The notes under the pieces were generated by a model. The model was given only the letters and a program-made list of their open reading frames with translations. It made no database searches and had not been told where the DNA came from. DNA of 63,373 nucleotides, filler included, from Chiloscyllium plagiosum (lineage: Eukaryota): NCBI RefSeq assembly GCF_004010195.1. It is 4 parts of one record of this genome, joined end to end, with 100 filler letters (N's around TTAATTAATTAA, not from the genome) between each part and the next. Parts side by side here need not be neighbours in the genome. Positions count along the whole stretch, not along the records: positions 24,713 to 45,579 come from NC_057710.1; 3 more parts are not named here. One strand, given 5' to 3'. The first letter of the stretch is position 1. Each line of letters begins with the position of its first letter. The translations under genes and the position numbers were made by a program. Positions 26,080 through 39,340 of the stretch are shown piece by piece.

Positions 26080-27560
26080 GCTGCAGATAAATGTGCAAAA
26101 GTTGTACAGGGCATGGTGAGCTGTGTCAAGTTTGGTCTCCCTTTTTAAGCAAGGATGTAAATGTGTTCAAGACAGTTCAAAGCAATAAAGGAACTGAGGG
26201 CATTGTTGCTAGGTTTATAGATGACACAAGGATAGGCAGAGGGATAGATAGTGTTCAAGAAGCAGGGAGGCTGCAGAAGAACTTGGACACACTAGGAGAG
26301 CGAACAGAAAAGTGGCTGATGGAATGCAATGTGGGCAAGTGTGAGGTTACGCACTTTGGTAGGAGGATTGGAGGTGTAGACTATTTTCTAAATGGGGAAA
26401 GACTTCAGAAATCTGAAGCAAAAACGTACTAGGGAGTCCTGATTCAAGATTCCCTTAAAATTAACTGCAACTTCAGTTGGCAGTTAGGAAAGTAAATGCA
26501 ATGTTAGCATTCATCTCAGAACAGCTACAATACAAGAATAGAGATGTGCTGCTGAGGCTGTGTAAGGCTCTGATTAGACAATATTTGGAATATTGTGAGC
26601 AGTTTTGGCCCCTGCATCTAAAGAAAGTTGTACTGGCTTTTGAGGGGGGCCAGAGGAGATTTAAAAGAATGATCCCAGGGTTGAAGGGCTTGCCGTATGA
26701 GGAGAACTTGGGGATTCTGAATCTGTACTCAATGGAGTATAGAAGTATGAGGGGAAGCTCATTGAAACTTCCAGAATATTGAGAGGCTTGGATAAAGGGG
26801 ACATAGGGAAGATGTTTACATGGGTGCGAGAGACTAGGCAGCCTCAGAATGAAGGACCAAACCTTTAGAACTGAGATGAGAAGGAATTTTGTCAGCCAGT
26901 GTGTTTTAATCTGTGAAACTCATTGTTGTGGAGGGCTATAAAGTCCAAGTCATTGCGTGTATTTAAAAGAGAGACAGGTTCTTAATTAGTAAGGGGATCA
27001 AAAGTTATGGGAGGATAATAGGGTTGAGAATGATTGAATGGTGGAGCAGACTCAGTGGGCCAAACAGCCTAATCCTACTCCTATATCTGATGTTTTTATG
27101 GTGTTATAAAGGAGGTTGCTAAAGATTAATACCTGGAATGCATGCTGTCTTCGGAGGAAAGCTTGGGCACACAGGCCTCTGGAGTTTATAAGAGTTGAGG
27201 GGTGTGACAATTTCACTGAAGTGTATGAGGTCCTAAATGGTCTTGACAAGGAACATAGGGAAAGAATGAGTGAGTCCATAACTAAGGCTCATTGATTTAA
27301 AAATTAGGGATCACCCTTTTAGGACAGAGACAAGGAGAAATGCTTTTGGAACTCTCTTTTTCAGAAGGTGAGGACAGGTGGGAATATTGAATATTTTTAA
27401 GATGACAGATGATAGATGCTCGTTAGGTAAGTTGATCAAAGGTTATCAAGGTTAGATAGAAATGCAAATTCAAAATATGAACAGGTCAGCTATGATCTTA
27501 TTCAAAAACAGAACAGCTCAAGGAGCCGAATGGCTTACTTCACCTTTTAATCCATATGTT
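26080..27560 (+). mobile_element. Two tandem old CR1 3' fragments
   Basis: RFIDDTRIG, LIRQYLEYCEQFW; tails near 27080 and 27550. Confidence 0.8.
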
Positions 27561-28969
27561 TATATGGTCATATACACTGCCCAATGATTAGCACCATGCA
27601 TTGTAAAGGGCAGAACATGTTTTGAACCAATGGAACCTGTAAAAAGCTGTTTTCCTTATGGATAAACAAAATCACTGGTCAGCACCTTTGAGCCCAAAGA
27701 TAGCCAATGGTCAGGGTTATAATATCGGGTTGAAATTAGTAAACAGACATACTTGAGAGCTGCATTTAGCTTTTCTGGAAAGTGAAAACTTTGGTGTAAG
27801 TCTGTGCATAGTTAACAGATCTAAATATCTGTTTGGGTATCTGAAGTGGAAACTGACACCAACTAACATTGATTTATGATATTAGGATTTGTCTTCTTTT
27901 GAAATACAGAGAAATTAACTCTTCCAGAATCCATAGTTGTTTATACATATATGTATATATGTATATGTTTATACATATATGCTTAAATAAACTCTATCTT
28001 TCATCCTCCAAGCACCTACTTATGAGAGGTTGATAATTTGAGAGGCTTTGCTTGTTTAATTAACACCATGATTCTGAAATGTGTGATCAGGAAAGGAAGC
28101 TGCTGGTGTATTTGTTGATAGTGATCCTAAGCTATATGACTATGAGCAGTGGAAAATTACTAAAGGAAGTAATAAGCAAACTCAAGGCCAGGTCTCTAAC
28201 ATTGCAGTTGGAGCAAAGAATTAAATGCCTCATTAGACATCAAAGCTTAACCTCAATGGGTTGTTCATGTGGTCTTCATGGAAGCTTCCCAAATTTCAAA
28301 AGCAATACTCCATAGCCAGCTCAGCAAAGGAACCCACACCACAAAATGTCCCAAGTTCTGATAGAAAGGCAATTGGAAAACCAACCTCAGTGTACAAGCT
28401 GGATTCTAATGCATGAGGAAAGATAATCCTGGATAGATATAAATGTAGAAGGCTGTGTCATCAAGTGATTTTGACTTTTGAGGAAAACAAGTATCAAGTC
28501 TTCAGGACAAGTGAACGTGGAATAAGGGCCAAGCCTCCAATTCCATGATTGAGTAGGCATGAAATCCTTATGTCCTGCTCTTCCTGTTAGTTTAAATTGA
28601 CATTGTGAAAGGTTTCTATGTTTCAAGATGCAAATAAAACATATGTTTATGTGTTCCATAGTTTGTTTTTCCTGGAGCAGGTCAATAGTCTGAAGCCAAA
28701 GGCTGTAACTTCGAGGACACCACTCAGCATTGAGCATGGCTAATATAGGTATGTTGAAAAGATTTTCAGGTTCACAATTGACCTTTTGGTTTTGACTATG
28801 AATTCACAAGCTCTGGCCATGAACTCCTGATCTGGGACTCAAACACAGAGCTTCTGGTTCAGAGGCAGAGACACACACACTGCACCAAAGAACCAGCCTC
28901 ATTTAGAAAAGTATTTACTTTCTACAAGATTTGATATAATAAAATTTTGATCCAGAAAACTCCAGTTAG

Positions 28970-29959
28970 TGTTATGATCCTAGCTAATGCTATTACAGGA
29001 TTAGTCAGATACCAGACAGACTTCTGTCTTGATAGATCGTATTTTGTTTTATTTCAGTTTTAATGAGGTAGTCTCTTACTGAAACACAAGCACACAATAT
29101 TGCAGATTTGCTTTCGGTAGTAAAACAGAAGTTTATTACACAAAATAAATGAACATAAAATGAATAAACCAGTCGAGTAACTTACCACACAAATTTAAAG
29201 ATTTTGAAACATGCAGTAATGTATAAACACATTTATCCAAAAACCTCCTTTATTGATTCCAAAGCAACTCCTGTACAGTACCATAAAGCATCCCTTTTCC
29301 AGTGCTTACCAGAGAAACAGTCTCACCATATCTAATACCTTCGTCAGCTTACTTTAACTGTGACTTCCACTTCCAGTCTGAAAGATCTCTTCCTGGAGCT
29401 TTTATACACTTGAGCTTAACTATTCTCAACTTCAAATAATCTATTCGGAATTTTATCCAGACCCTCTTGGTTTGACATTATTACTAAACTTCTTATTCTG
29501 AGTTAATCTATTGTTAACAAACCCAACTCTCTTCTCCCCTTCTCAGGAGCAACTATTTTATGCATCTATCTTTCTCCAAGATGTCTGCAGAATAGTCCCA
29601 AACTTGAACATATAATAAAAAAAATAGTTTTTCAAGCTTTGGATGTTTCCCCTACCATTCCTGCCCATTATCGCCCACACTCCATAGGTTTCTAACTGAA
29701 TCTTTGATGCATAATATTTTTTTAACCTTGCTCAATCTTTAACTATTTCTTAATATAAACAAAGACCTATTTGTCCTGCAAGCTATTTTTTTATCACGTT
29801 TCTTTAAAGAAAATTAGCATGGCAACAGAAATAATTACAAGCAAGTCAGTAAGCTTTCAAACATATAGTAAAAAAAGTCACACATTTAAAATTCAAAAAT
29901 CCAATCTTAAAATTAAATTACATTAAATGTACAGAAATTGCACACCCTATGTCACAACA
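28970..29959. mobile_element. Possible solo LTR
   Basis: Termini TGTTATGA...TCACAACA (imperfect inverted termini), ~1 kb, AT-rich. Confidence 0.4.
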
Positions 29960-30058
29960 GTAACAGGTTAAAACAAATTTGACCACGAGCGTATGTTTTA
30001 AGAGTTTGGCAGTTTATTTGCGAAGGAGGTGAACTTGTCAGATAAACTGCAACAACAC

Positions 30059-30425
30059 TATAGAATATAGAATCTCTACAGTGTGTAAACAGGCCATCTT
30101 GGCCCAACAAGTCCACACTAACCCTCCAAAGAGTACCCCACCCAGACCCATTCCTTACCCTATTACTCTACATTTACCCTTGACTAATGCACCTAAACCT
30201 ACACATCCCTGACCACTTTGGGCAATTTAGCATGGCCAATTCACCTAACCTACACATCCCTGAACACTATGGGTAATTTAGCATGGCCAATTCACCCAAC
30301 CTGCACATCCCTGAACACTATGGTTAACTTAGCATGGCCAATTTACCTAACCTGCACATCCCTGAGCACTATGGGTGATTTAGCATAGCCAATTCACCTA
30401 ACCTGCACATCCCTGAGCACTATGG
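30059..30425 (-). mobile_element. HE1-like SINE 3' half with ~4.5 tandem 51-bp units
   Basis: CACATCCCTG recurs at 30202, 30253, 30304, 30355 and 30406. Confidence 0.9.
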
Positions 30426-30593
30426 ATTCATTTAAGAAAGAGTTGGATAGAGCTCTCAAGGATAGTGGAATCAAGGGTTATGGAGATAAGGCAGGAACAG
30501 GATACTGATTAAGGATGATCAGCCATGATCATATTGAATGGTGGTGCAGGCTCGAAGGGCAGAATGGCCTACTCCTGCACCTATTGTCTATTG
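30426..30593 (+). mobile_element. Young CR1 3' end
   Basis: FKKELDRAL..GIKGYG; tail GAATGGCCTACTCCTGCACCTATTGTCTATTG. Confidence 0.85.
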
Positions 30594-32229
30594 ATTCCAG
30601 TCAGCCACTGCTCCCTGACCCCCTCCATACATTACATACTCACCTTTACAGTATACAGCAAAAAAAAGACATGATGTAACATCTCCTCTATTCCGAAGAT
30701 AAAAACTTATCTGAAACAGGTATGTTTATTTTTATACAAGCACTCTGTGTTGTGAGTTTTATAATTATACAAACAGGTCAAATTGAGTTTTCAAGATTAA
30801 TATTTAAAATTTCAATGTAATGGGAGTTTTGACAATTGTTCTGACTTGGTCATCGTGTATTAGTCTTGAGCGATATATTTGTTTTCTGTTACACTTGTTT
30901 AAAAGCTTGCTTCTCTTGTTGCTGGTTACTGTCACACCTTCAAAACTGCTGTTTGACAAATTGCAGGCAGGTTAGCATTCATGCAAACCAAGGATGTTGT
31001 TTATTTTATTTTATCTTTTTTGTGGCAGAATGATCTGATTAAATCATCTCCTTCCAACTTTGGGTGTGAGGTCTTAGAAAATTCCCATTTTGACATGTGA
31101 GGGAATGGGTCAGTACGTAATCTCAGTCACCAGTTCTTTTCTCAGGGCCTTAACCTCACATGGGGAAAGGCACCTACGCAAGGTCGGGGTTGTGTTCTCT
31201 TCCCTGACCCCCAGTGAATGCGCATGGTTTCTTGCATTCCTCACCTTTTGATGTGATCTTGTGACATCAGCTCATTGAAAATACACACGCACACACATTC
31301 TCTTATTGCATCGGTGAATCAGAGAAGAGGAAGAAGTGCTTTCAACGATATTATTCTAGTGAAGGGCAGGGTCATCTGACCTGGTTTGGGAAACAACAGC
31401 CACAAGTGTTTTTTAGTGGCTAATCCATGTTTGGAGTTGTTTTGTTTTAGATAAAGGTCTGGTCTGCAGCAGGGAACAATAATTTGTTGCTGAATTAACT
31501 CTCTCAAAGCCTTCCTTGTGGCTTCTAACTCTTCACTTGTTCTAGGATTTTCTGTGCGCAAATCAATAATTTGTTCTAGTCTTCAGTGTATTATTTCTTT
31601 GCTCTATCATGTGCCTCCTGTTCCTAGTCTTTTTGATTGTAAAAGAAAGCAAGGTTCTCCTATCAGCCATCACTTTCTCTTTACAATTTATAGATCCATT
31701 CCTTTATCACCTTGTGTCTTTTATTTCACTGTAAAACCCACAGCCATGCACCATTGGCCAATTTATGCCAGACTTCTTTCAATGTAATCTTTCCTTCCTG
31801 AACTTCTTCAGGAAGTCTGTCAAGTATACATTTGCAAATTCTGACACACATTTCTCCAGCCCTCAGGATATCTCTCCCTCCAGGCATGCATGTTTTTTTT
31901 CTGTCAGACTCTCCATCAGTAATTTCCTGGTGCCACGGTGTTGTAATATATGAACTAGTAACCTTTAATTTCATTGACTGGTTTGATACCTGGAAGTTTT
32001 GTTTGAAAGAATGAGGCAGAATCTTTAAGTGAGGCAGAACGCTGTGTTTTCAAAATACTACTGAAGTTATCTTGACCTCAATCTGACGATATTTCCCAAG
32101 GAATTATAAAATGGAGGCCTACATAATATTACTAAGGAATTGATTTCTATTAAGATAACTGAAATGCATAACTGTAGTGACATTTTATCGACACCTCACA
32201 GAAGCAATCATCACCTTGAAAGTGTGGGG

Positions 32230-32535
32230 AAAAGCAGAAAACGCTGGAGAAAGGCAACCAGTCTGACAGCATCTGTGGACAGTTAACCTTTGGAGATAGG
32301 TTTTTAACTTGTCAAATGTGTTTATTCAACATTATAGGACTTACTGATGTGGTTGCCTCTCTGTTGAAATCTGCAGACTCTCATAGATTTAAAAACAACT
32401 TTCCCACTTTTGTTTATATTTCATTGGACGCAAACCTTTAACTCTGTTTCTTTTTCTACTGATGTTTTCAGAGCTGCTGTATTCTCCAGAGTTTCCTGAA
32501 TTTATTGCAGATTTCCAGCGTCCACAGTTTACTTA
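32230..32535. mobile_element. Old inverted pair of Penelope-like termini
   Basis: GCTGGAGAAAGGCAACCAGTCTGACAGCATCTGTGGA versus opposite-orientation ACTGATG..CAGAGCTGCTGTATTCTCCAG..GATTTCCAGC. Confidence 0.5.
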
Positions 32536-34829
32536 TATTTCAATGAAATGTGAGTAGCTTCTTCCTTTCCAATGGAAGGTAAATCATTTCATGGTCCAGA
32601 GTTGAGACATTAATTTTCAATCTCCTTGGCTACCACAATGGCCAACATTATACAAGGGATTAATTAACAGGGATCTTAACAGGGTGGATGGGATTGAGGG
32701 ATCTTAACAGGGTGGATGGAGGAAGAATATTTTCTCTTGTGGCAAATCATCACCATCAAAGGATGCTTTTTCTCTCACAGAGGGTGTCAAGTCTTTAGAA
32801 TTTGTTTCCTTAAAAGGAGCTGATAGCAGAGTCTTTGAATAGTTTTCAGGCAAAGATAGATAGATTCATAATAAGCAAGGGGGCGAATAGTTATCAGGGT
32901 AGGAGGAATCAGAAATAGTCAGGTCAGCCACAATCTTGCTGCATGGTGGAGTGGGCTGAATGGATGGAGAGGCTTATTCCCGCTCCTAATCTCTGTTTCT
33001 ATGTACATTTATGCGTAACTCACTGTCTTCGTAGCATACTGTCTTTGATCTGTAGAGCTTCTGTTCACAGGTGAGAGAGAACCTCACCATAAAAATGGAC
33101 CAAGACTGCGCAGTTCGAAAGCCAGTCTCCTGACAGCAACCAATGTCTCAGCAAATATAGAGAAAGACTATATTTCTCCAAGAGAAATATAGAAACATCC
33201 AAGAGACTTCCACAGAGAGATAACTATACCAGGCATTGCTACAAAGTTGAATAACAGCAACTCTCTCTTCATTTTGCTTACAAGTTCACAAGTACCGAAC
33301 ATAGCTCCGCTAAAAATTGGAATACATCAAGGAGAGTGAATTGTTTTTGAAAATGGCATGTGCCATAGCATCCACTGTTGACAAGAGCTCATTGCAGCTT
33401 AAAAGAGACTGTAACCACAAGAATTAACAAGTTGGACTGCAACTTCTACCAGACATTCAAGACTAGAATCACTTTTTCTTTCCAACATCAGCTTTGAAAT
33501 TCTATCTCCACCCCACCATCCTGTAACTTGTTCAGTTCGCTTGTATGCTTGGAAATGCTTGTATTCAGGATAGGTTTCATCTTTTTGATATAATTTCTAT
33601 CATTCTTTTTACTGAGTGAATTTGCTATAAATATAATAAAATAAAACAAACTCCTTCATTTTTGAGTGAAAATCATCTGGCTGACTTGTTTCTTCATAGC
33701 TTTACACATTCAAATGCAAATTGAATGGGAAGATGCACAGCTTTTTTATTTTAAAATCTACTATTCCAAACTCAGGAGGAAAAAGAGGAATGTTTTCTTC
33801 ACCTTCTCAATTTGGTCATAAATGTAACACATGCCACACATTGTAGCTTCTGACTTCACTTAAGAAATGGCTCTATATGTGTCAGATTATAATCTAAGAT
33901 GTTGCATCGCAAATGTTTACTCAACAAACGTCCTGGGTACTAAACCATTACTGATACCAATCTTGAAGAGCCAGGGTACATAGATAACTAAAACATGAAG
34001 TTGAGTTTTTGTAAGTCATTAAAGGTAGCTTATTAACTTTATTAACAAGCAACAAGATATGATGCTCTTTAGTTTAACAGAAGACAAAGTATAAACCCTT
34101 GACAGTAATGTATGATTCACCAATCCCAGAAAATGAATGGATGGTTGGTACATCATGAGTGAATCTCAGAGCATTCTGCTTTTAGGCTGAAGCATTAGGG
34201 AATTCTTCCCTGGTCTTCCTCCATCTCTCCTGATCCAGAAAACTCTCCTTTAAGAGGATTGTTACATGATATGATACTGCATGTGGACAGAACAGGACTT
34301 CTGATAAGGTCTAGCACTCGGTAATATATCAAAATGACAGTGATGTGTTGATACGCTTCGAAATTGTGAACATATTTTATTCAGGAATTATCTAGAGAGC
34401 CTAAAAAGCCCCAGACATTTCAGTTGGAACAAAATAAATGACTGGGGCTGTGAACAGAGATAATTTATCTTCCTTCTTTTTAAAGCTGCTGTTATTTCAG
34501 AAGCATTTGATTCCTTGAGCAATTTTGTAATGTTTTAGCAGCATTAAATTTAACTGCCTCTTGGATTAATTATCGTTCTTTAATGTTGGAATTTATCACT
34601 AAATTGTATCTCAATTGTTCGCTCCAATTTCTTAATTATAAAATTAGTAGGCTCTTAGAAATTCTGGTCAGTAATTAAATGAATTCAGATTAAGAAATAA
34701 TTTCAATGTCATTTAATGCAGATTTTTTTTCAAGTAACAATGTTCTGCTCAAATGTAATTGTTGTTTTGCAAATACCGGTAGCTTCAGATCATTGGAGGA
34801 AGTGGGAGAGTGATTGCCCTTGACTATTA

Positions 34830-35645
34830 AGAATCATAGATTCATATAATACAGAAACAGACCCTTCGGTCCAACTTGTGCATACTGACCAAATTTCTCA
34901 AATTAAACTAGTACCATTTGCCTGCCTTTAACCCATATTTCTCCAAACCTTTCCTATTCATGTACCTGCCCAAATGTTTTTTTTAAAATGTTGTAATAGT
35001 ACCTATATCTACCACTTTCTCTGCAGTACATTCTCCATGTGAACCACCCTCTGTCTGAAAAAGTTGTCCCTCAGGGCCCTTTTAAATCTATCGCCTCTCA
35101 CCTTAAAAATACGCCCCTAATCTCAAACTCCCCTATTCTGGGGAAAAGGCCTTTGCTAATCACTTTATCTATGCTCCTCCTGATTTTATAAACCTCTATA
35201 TGATTAGCATCCCTACTGTGTGGAAACAGGCCCTTCGGCCCAACCAGTCCACGCCGATCCTCCGAAGAGCAACCCACCCAGACCCATTTCCCTCTGACTA
35301 ATGCACCTAACACTATGGGCAGTTTAACATGGCCAATTAACCTGACCTGCACATCTTTGGACTGTGAGGAAACCAGAGCACCCAGAGAAAACCCATGCAG
35401 ACACAGGGAGAATGTACAAACTCCACACAGACAATCGCCGAGGTTGGAATCGAACTGGGGACCCTGGAGGTATGAGGCGACAGTGCTAACCACTGAGCCA
35501 CCATTCCGCCCCTATCAACCCTCAACCTCCTGGGCTCCAGTGAAAGAAGTCCCAGCCTATCCAGCCTCTCCCTATAACTCAAACCCTCCAGTCCTGCAAC
35601 ATCCTGGTAAATCTTTTCAGAACATCCTCCAGTTTAATAACATCG
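34830..35645 (-). mobile_element. CR1 3' fragment containing a full HE1-like SINE (35200-35511, -)
   Basis: SYRERLDRLGL...IEVYKI interrupted by the V-SINE. Confidence 0.85.
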
Positions 35646-35649
35646 TATG

Positions 35650-36580
35650 ACATCAAGCATCCCTAGCAAAATTGGAATGCCTAGAAATCAGGGAAAACTC
35701 TCTGCTGGTTGGAGTTTTTTTAACTCAAAAGAAAATAATTAAGTTTTTTTGGAAAAAAAGCATCTTAGTCCTAGCACATCACTGCAGAATTTCCTCATGG
35801 TAAGTGTTCTTTGCCCACCATCTTAATCTGCTTCATAAATGACCACCCCCCATTGATTAAGTCAGAAGTAGGAATAATTGTACAGTTTTCAGCAACATTT
35901 ATGACTCCTCAGGTACTGCATCCTTATGGAGCTCGACTTGGAAAACTTTTAGGCTTGGGCTGATAAATGGCAAATAACATTCATGCTATCCGAGGGCCAA
36001 GATATGACCATCGCCAACAAGAATCTACTTAACTCTTTGAAATTCAATTACCATTGCTGAATTTCCCACTATCAACATCCTGGGGAGTTACCATTGAAAC
36101 TGACTGTCTGTCACAGTATTGTTGCTACAACAGCAGGTCAGACACCAGGAATTCTGTGCTGAGTAACTTATGTCTTGTCTTGCCTGTGCATGTTCACCAA
36201 ATACAACAACATAATCAGGAATACTCTCCAGGTGCCTGCATGTGTACAGATCTACTATCATCCAAAACAAAGCAACTCACTGATGATCATCCCATCTACC
36301 ACTTTAAACAATCACTCCCTTCACCATTGATGCGCAGTGGCAGCAGTGTGCACCATCTACAGGATACACTGCAGCAACTCATTCAAACTCCTTAAAAGCA
36401 CCTTCCAGAGCAGCAACCTCTACCACTTTATGTAACACTGGCAGCAGATGTATGGGAACACCACCACCATCAAATTCCCCCTAAACCATGCATCATCCTG
36501 AACTGGTATTACATCGATGTGACGTCACTGTTGCTGAATCAAAATCTTGAAACTCCCTTCCTAATTACACTGTGGGAGCA
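35650..36580 (+). mobile_element. Old CR1/L2-clade LINE (SacSINE partner family), RT to 3'UTR
   Basis: CFINDH.., AWADKWQITF; similarity to 52796-53727. Confidence 0.65.
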
Positions 36581-36779
36581 ATCAGGCAGTCACCAGCATC
36601 AAAAGGAGCAGGTAACAGAAGGAATCTGAGACAGGCTTCAGCAGCATCCACAGAAGTGAAATGAGAGGAGACACTAAGACAGGTACAGACACAGTTTTTG
36701 ATTGTTTGGAGCTGATCGGTGAGTAATTTTGACTTTCACATGCCAAATTTAAAGTCACCAGCCTTGAAGTAAACTTAAG

Positions 36780-37005
36780 TGAAAGTGAGGACTGCAGTTG
36801 CTGGAAATTAGAGTCGAGAGTGTGGTGCCAGAAAAGCACATCAGGTCAGGCAGTATCCAAGGATCAAGAGAATTGATGTTTTGGGCAAAAGCCCTTCATC
36901 AGGAATGTGTCAATATGAAGGGCTTTTGCCCAAAATGTTGATTCTCCTGCTCCTCGGGTGCTGCCTGACTTGTTGTGCTTTTCCAGCACAATGCTCTTGA
37001 CCTCA
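36780..37005. mobile_element. Fold-back Penelope-like mini element with two head-to-head decayed hammerheads
   Basis: Inverted arms; perfect 13-bp TSD AAGTAAACTTAAG (36767-36779 / 37006-37018). Confidence 0.9.
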
Positions 37006-37019
37006 AAGTAAACTTAAGA

Positions 37020-38200
37020 CATGGCAGGACAGTTTGCTATGTGGTGTGTCATTCTAGCAGTTATAGATGTTTCCTACAATCTAAACAATCACATATTGCT
37101 GCAAAAGTGTGAGTTTTCCTCCAACAGAGTACTTTTCCTATTGGGTTAATGCTTATGTTTTCTCCCACAATATAAGAAACTGGGTGTGGGTATTGCAGTA
37201 GCAAATAATCCAACAGACATTAAATGAACTAACTATTAGACACAATCAATACAATTCTCAGGCATATAAGAGTGATATTACGCTAATAGGCTTCAGCAGA
37301 GCAGCAGGCTCTCAATAGCATGTGATTCTTCAAGTGCTCTCGAGGTAAGATAGAATACGAGACCTTTATACCCTCAGGTCACATGCTATGATACAGTGAT
37401 GCTATCACAGCATTTTTAAAAAAATACATACTGAATGGGAGACCTAACACAATATTCCCTAACCTGAGAACTACCTGGATAGCATGTTTGATAAAGTGGG
37501 CACACTGCATATCAAGACCAAGCCGGTAGAGAAGGAATAGGTGACCACAGCCAGCTGAGAAAGTCCAGTGAGAAAGTGTAGCAGCCCCCTGAATCTATCT
37601 ACTGGACTAGCTTGTATTGCATTGTGCAAACTGGTGAGGGAGATGGTTCATCTGAGGAATAATGTGAGAGCCATGATTGTGGCATCTCAAGTGGCTCAAT
37701 CACACACGTCATGTTAAAGAAGGTCAGAGATTCGATATTCAGGGGAACATTCAGGTGCTTCTATGGCCTTGGTTTTGGTTGCAGAATGGTATGCTACTTC
37801 CCTGCTGTCAGAGGTGACAATGTCACAGAATTGCTGCAGGACATTCCTATGTAGTAGCAGGACAGCTTCTGACAGCTTCTTGGTCCGTGTTGGTACCAAC
37901 AACAACATTGGTGGAAAGAAGATCGAGCTCCTGAAAACAAAGTCGAAGGGGTTAAGTAAGACACTGAAAAGCAGAACCTCTGAATCAGTAATCTCAGGAT
38001 TTCTTCCAGCACTATATTCTAGTGAGTATAAATGTACAAAAATTGAACAAATAACTACATAGCTAGGAAAATGATCTAGGAGGGAGGGATTTAGATTTCT
38101 GGAGTAGATGGGATCTGTAAACTGAAAACCCTTAGTACCTTACACCTTAGAGGGACTGAGACGAAGATCCTCACAGGGGGACTTGCTGGTGCTGTAGCTG
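37020..38200 (+). mobile_element. Decayed CR1 ORF1 (SGNH esterase-like domain)
   Basis: LVRVGTNNNIG..LKSRTSESVISGFLP, similar to 59984-60259. Confidence 0.65.
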
Positions 38201-38849
38201 AACATCATAGGCATTAGTGGATTCAGCTGTTAGCTGACATGAAATGGTCAGGAGCTGTGGGGTTAAGGAGTTGGACTAGGAGGAGACTAATGCCAAAGAG
38301 GAATGGTGAGTTTGCAGATGTGTTTCACTTGCACTGTATAGGTGTGTAACAACTGTTGATGTCCTTTACATGTAGGTCCTTCCCTCACAGAATGAAGCAT
38401 CCGCCCTTCCCACTCCTTGTGTGGTTACAGTAATGTTCATTACCATTGTGTACCTGATTCACAAGATGATAACAAGCAGTAATCCCCTTTAATAAGCCTC
38501 TCACCACACCCTGGCAAGAATCTCGTCACAGCATCCAGTTCTCAGATGGAAAATGCAACTAGTTGCTCTTAACATTGAGAAAGGCCTCAATGGGCTTTGC
38601 ATGCAGTTGGCCTGATAAGATTATGAGCCTTATAGGATTCTGCCCTTTGTGCTTATCTTCACAGAAGAAAACACAGGTCTCCCCGAAATAATTAACTTCT
38701 GAGGAATCTGTCTGTGTTTTGAAATGAAATAAACTAATATGTGAAAAAGTATTATTGGAGATTTGATGTGACTGAAAGCTGACAAAGTCCGATGATACTG
38801 AAGGAGACTGATGCAGAAATAGTTCATTTTTGAAAATTCTGAATTCTGA

Positions 38850-39340
38850 CAATATGTGGTAAATGTAATACCACTCTTATAGAAAGGAGAGAGAGAAAGA
38901 AAAAAAACAAGGAACTGTAAATATGTTAGACTGATGTGAGCATGAGGGAAAGTAATAGAATTTGTTAAAAAGGGTGTGATTACAGAATATTTAGAAAAAC
39001 CCTGAGAAAATAATTGTTTGATTGGACAGAGTCAACAGGGATTTATGAAGGGGAAAATCATGTTTGACAAACATAATATCATTTTTTTTTGAGGATGTTA
39101 CTGGCAGAGTCAATAAAGGGCAATGAATACTTTTTATGTATTTGGATTTCCAAAAGATTTTTAATGAAGACTCACATAAGAGGTTAGTAAACAAATGTTT
39201 AAGGGAATTGGGGGTACAATACAAGCACGATTTGAGGATTGATTAAAAGGAAGAAAGTTGAGAAGAAGAATAAATAGGTCATTCTTAATTTGGCAAACTA
39301 TGGATAAGGATTAGCAGTTGGGCCACAACTGTTTACAGTT
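38850..39340 (+). mobile_element. Old CR1 RT fragment
   Basis: SQQGFMKGKSCLTN, YLDFQK. Confidence 0.75.

Noticed and set aside
27937..27982. Palindrome-like TATACATATATGTATA tract
   Set aside because: Ordinary AT-rich microsatellite.
28387..28737. 116-aa minus-strand ORF as a terminal exon after 30644-30710
   Set aside because: Phase-compatible, but the acceptor is weak and there is no recognisable homology.
30190..30425. Regular repeat array as a possible CRISPR
   Set aside because: Head-to-tail 51-bp units with no unique spacers, derived from a SINE, in a vertebrate context.
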